DNA from: Eledone cirrhosa
Taxonomy: Eukaryota
NCBI GenBank assembly: GCA_964016885.1
Contig: OZ024759.1
Span: forward strand, 1,798,001 to 1,862,000
DNA: 64,000 nt
Reading direction: 5' to 3'
Shown here: in pieces, positions 59,901 to 64,000 of the stretch
Layout of the letters: the number at the start of each line of letters is the position of its first letter
How positions within the stretch are numbered: position 1 is the first letter of the stretch
Notes under the pieces: generated by a model
The model's input: only the letters and a program-made list of their open reading frames with translations
Databases searched by the model: none
Told to the model about the DNA's origin: nothing
Program-made: the position numbers and the translations under genes

Positions 59901-62049
59901 ACATGACAAAGTCTATATTAGTAACATGACACAGTCTATATTAGTAACATGACACAGTCTATATTAGTAGCATGACACAGTCTATATTAGTAACATGATA
60001 CAGTCTATATTAGTAACATGACAAAGTCTATATTAGTAACATGACAAAGTCTATATTAGTAAAATGACAAAGTCTATATTAGTAACATGACAAAGTCTTT
60101 ATTAGTAACATTACACAGTCTATATTAGTAACATGACAAAGTCTACATTAGTAACATGACAAAGTCTATATTAGTAACATGACAAGGTCTATATTAGTAA
60201 CATGACACAGTCTATATTAGTAGCATGACACAGTCTATATTAGTAACATGATACAGTCTATATTAGTAACATGACAAAGTCTATATTAGTAACATGACAC
60301 AGTCTATATTAGTAACATGACAGTCTATATTAGTAACATGACAGTCTACATTAGTAACATGACACAGTCTATATTAGTAACATGACAAAGTCGATATTAG
60401 TAACATGACAATGTCTATATTAGTAACATGACAAAGTCTATATTAGTAACATGACACAGTCTATATTAGTAACATGAAAAAGTCTATATTAGTAACATGA
60501 CAAAGTCTATATTAGTAACATGACAAAGTCTATATTAGTAACATGACAAAGTCTATATTAGTAGCATGACACAGTCTATATTAGCAACATGACAAAGTCT
60601 ATATTAGTAACATGACACAGTCTATATTAGTAACATGACACAGTCTATATTAGTAACATGACACAGTCTATATTAGTAACATGACAAAGTCTACATTAGT
60701 AACATTACAAAGTCTATATTAGTAACATGACAAGGTCTATATTAGTAACATGACACAGTCTATATTAGTAGCATGACACAGTCTATATTAGTAACATGAC
60801 AGTCTATATTAGTAACATGACACAGTCTATATTAGTAACATGATACAGTCTATATTAGTAACATGACAAAGTCTATATTAGTAACATGACACAGTCTATA
60901 TTAGTAACATGACAGTCTATATTAGTAACATGACAGTCTACATTAGTAACATGACACAGTCTATATTAGTAACATGACAAAGTCGATATTAGTAACATGA
61001 CAATGTCTATATTAGTAACATGACAAAGTCTATATTAGTAACATGACACAGTCTATATTACTAACATGACACAGTCTATATTAGTAACATGACAAAGTCT
61101 ATATTAGTAACATGACAAAGTCTATATTAGTAACATGACAAAGTCTATATTAGTAACATGACACAGTCTATATTAGTAACATGACACAGTCTATATTAGT
61201 AGCATGACACAGTCTATATTAGTAACATGATACAGTCTATATTAGTAACATGACAAAGTCTATATTAGTAATATGACAAAGTCTATATTAGTAAAATGAC
61301 AAAGTCTATATTAGTAACATGACAAAGTCTTTATTAGTAACATGACACAGTCTATATTAGTAACATGACACAGTCTATATTAGTAACATGACAAAGTCTA
61401 TATTAGTAACATGACAAAGTCTATATTATAACATGACACAGTCTATATTAGTAACATGACACAGTCTATATTAGTAACATGACAAAGTCTATATTAGTAA
61501 CATGACAAAGTCTATATTAGTAACATGACACAGTCTATATTAGTAACATGACACAGTCTATATTAGTAACATGAGACAGTCTATATTAGTAGCATGACAA
61601 AGTCTATATTAGTAACATGACACAGTCTACATTAGTAACATGACACAGTCTATATTAGTAACATGACACAGTATATATTAGTTACATGACAAAGTCTATA
61701 TTAGTAACATGACAAAGTCTATATTAGTAACATGACACAGTCTATATTAGTAACATGATGAAGTCTATATTAGTAACATGACACAGTCTATATTAGTAAC
61801 ATGACACAGTCTATATTAGTAACATGAAAAAGTCTATATTAGTAACATGACAAAGTCTATATTAGTAACATGACAAAGTCTATATTAGTAACATGACAAA
61901 GTCTATATTAGTAGCATGACACAGTCTATATTAGCAACATGACAAAGTCTATATTAGTAACATGACACAGTCTATATTAGTAACATGACACAATCTATAT
62001 TAGTAACATGACACAGTCTATATTAGTAGCATGACAAAGTCTACATTAG

Positions 62050-64000
62050 TAACATGACAAAGTCTATATTAGTAACATGACAAGGTCTATATTAGTAACA
62101 TGACACAGTCTATATTAGTAGCATGACACAGTCTATATTAGTAACATGATACAGTCTATATTAGTAACATGACAAAGTCTATATTAGTAACATGACACAG
62201 TCTATATTAGTAACATGACAGTCTATATTAGTAACATGACAGTCTACATTAGTAACATGACACAGTCTATATTAGTAACATGACAAAGTCGATATTAGTA
62301 ACATGACAATGTCTATATTAGTAACATGACAAAGTCTATATTAGTAACATGACACAGTCTATATTACTAACATGACACAGTCTATATTAGTAACATGACA
62401 AAGTCTATATTAGTAACATGACAAAGTCTATATTAGTAACATGACAAAGTCTATATTAGTAACATGACACAGTCTATATTAGTAACATGACACAGTCTAT
62501 ATTAGTAGCATGACACAGTCTATATTAGTAACATGATACAGTCTATATTAGTAACATGACAAAGTCTATATTAGTAATATGACAAAGTCTATATTAGTAA
62601 AATGACAAAGTCTATATTAGTAACATGACAAAGTCTTTATTAGTAACATGACACAGTCTATATTAGTAACATGACACAGTCTATATTAGTAACATGACAA
62701 AGTCTATATTAGTAACATGACAAAGTCTATATTAGTAACATGACACAGTCTATATTAGTAACATGACACAGTCTATATTAGTAACATGACAAAGTCTATA
62801 TTAGTAACATGACAAAGTCTATATTAGTAACATGACACAGTCTATATTAGTAACATGACACAGTCTATATTAGTAACATGAGACAGTCTATATTAGTAGC
62901 ATGACAAAGTCTATATTAGTAACATGACACAGTCTACATTAGTAACATGACAAAGTCTATATTAGTAACATGACACAGTCTATATTAGTAACATGAGACA
63001 GTCTATATTAGTAACATGACAAAGTCTATATTAGTAACATGACACAGTCTATATTAGTAACATGACACAGTCTATATTAGTAACATGACAAAGTCTATAT
63101 TAGTAACATGACAAAGTCTATATTAGTAACATGACAAAGTCTATATTAGTAACATGACACAGTCTATACTAGTAACATGACACAGTCTATATTAGTAACA
63201 TGACAAAGTCTATATTAGTAACATGACAAAGTCTATATTAGTAACATGACAAAGTCTATATTAGTAACATGACAAAGTCTATATTAGTAGCATGACACAG
63301 TCTATATTAGCAACATGACAAAGTCTATATTAGTAACATGACACAGTCTATATTAGTAGCATGACAAAGTCTGTATTAGTAACATGACAAAGTCTATATT
63401 AGTAACATGACAAAGTCTATATTAGTAACATGACAAAGTCTATATTAGTAACATGACACAGTCTATATTAGTAACATGACAAAGTCTATATTAGTAGCAT
63501 GACAAAGTCTATATTAGTAACATGACAAAGTCTATATTAGTAACATGACAAAGTCTATATTAGTAACATGACAAAGTCTATATTAGTGACATGACAAAGT
63601 CGATATTAGTAACATGACAAAGTCTATATTAGTAACATGACACAGTATATATTAGTAACATGACAGTCTATATTAGTAACATGACAGTCTACATTAGTAA
63701 CATGACACAGTCTATATTAGTAACATGACAAAGTCGATATTAGTAACATGACAATGTCTATATTAGTAACATGACAAAGTCTATATTAGTAACATGACAC
63801 AGTCTATATTACTAACATGACACAGTCTATATTAGTAACATGACACAGTCTATATTAGTAGCATGACACAGTCTATATTAGTAACATGATACAGTCTATA
63901 TTAGTAACATGATACAGTCTATATTAGTAACATGACAAAGTCTATATTAGTAACATGACACAGTCTATATTAGTAACATGACAGTCTATATTAGTAACAT
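62050..64000 (+). repeat. Further copy of the ~56.3-58.2 kb block at offset 5,769 bp
   Basis: CTATACT lies at 57395/63164, and the second member of the doubled GATAC monomer pair lies at 58142/63911. Confidence 0.8.

Larger units (their letters stand above)
37045..61193 (+). repeat. Higher-order tandem duplication, period 12,009 bp (525 monomers, 33 of them 21-mers), 2 near-identical copies
   Basis: AACATGAGTC 37551/49560, CCATG 39361/51370, CTACTTT 40442/52451, ATGCC 47047/59056, ATTACAC 48101/60110 and AACATTAC 48692/60701 are all offset by 12,009. 525x23 - 33x2 = 12,009. Confidence 0.95.
1..64000 (+). repeat. Tandem satellite array, 23-bp monomer AACATGACA(A/C)AGTCTATATTAGT, about 2,800 head-to-tail copies, running off both window ends
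   Basis: The monomer reads directly from 1-23 and repeats without interruption or inversion to 64000. The two major types are GACACAG and GACAAAG, with a minor 21-bp type (GACAG). Most monomers differ from consensus at 0-1 positions. Confidence 0.99.

Noticed and set aside
1-64000. CRISPR array
   Set aside because: The 23-bp unit is within repeat-length range and partly palindromic, but units abut with no unique spacers, leader or cas genes.
1-64000. Repetitive protein-coding ORF (ATG in every monomer)
   Set aside because: 23 is not a multiple of 3, so every frame cycles through the TAG/TAA/TGA on the plus strand or TAA/TAG on the minus strand within about three monomers. No long ORF is possible.
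1-64000. Telomerase-made long telomeric repeat like the 23-bp units of some budding yeasts
   Set aside because: There is no G-rich strand, the array is far longer than such telomeres, and kilobase-scale inherited variant patterns indicate DNA duplication and not template-directed addition.
1-64000. Rolling-circle or sequencing concatemer artefact for the whole array
   Set aside because: Rare variants recur in nested, ordered blocks of many different periods, which random error or copying of a single circle would not produce. Individual large duplications could still be assembly errors.
1-64000. The A/C dimorphism at monomer position 10 as an information-bearing binary code
   Set aside because: The pattern is copied along with the flanking rare variants and is explained by duplication history. 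Nothing indicates a reading or writing mechanism.
1-64000. Hidden insertion, inversion or transposon fragment
   Set aside because: Reading through, I found no departure from the monomer and no reverse-orientation copy. A very short anomaly could have been missed by eye.

Overview
The whole 64 kb window is one uninterrupted, single-orientation, AT-rich (about 28% GC) tandem satellite array of roughly 2,800 copies of a 23-bp monomer, AACATGACA(A/C)AGTCTATATTAGT. I see no unique sequence, ORF, RNA gene, transposon or CRISPR spacer. The information lies in the order of monomer variants: an A/C dimorphism at position 10, a 21-bp deletion monomer and about 40 rarer single-base variants. Tracking rare variants shows a nested, irregular higher-order structure. 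A 16/18-monomer cassette (364/410 bp) sits inside tandem duplications of 2,108, 2,723, about 2,978/2,840, 3,572, 5,674, about 7,581 and 12,009 bp. Two further points stand out. The monomer is quasi-palindromic, and both common CpG-creating variants have CpG-to-TpG derivatives, which hints at cytosine methylation. The array looks like eukaryotic heterochromatic satellite DNA, but I cannot name the family or organism and find no evidence for a new gene-encoded system. All offsets were measured by eye from marker variants, and block boundaries are approximate to about one monomer.
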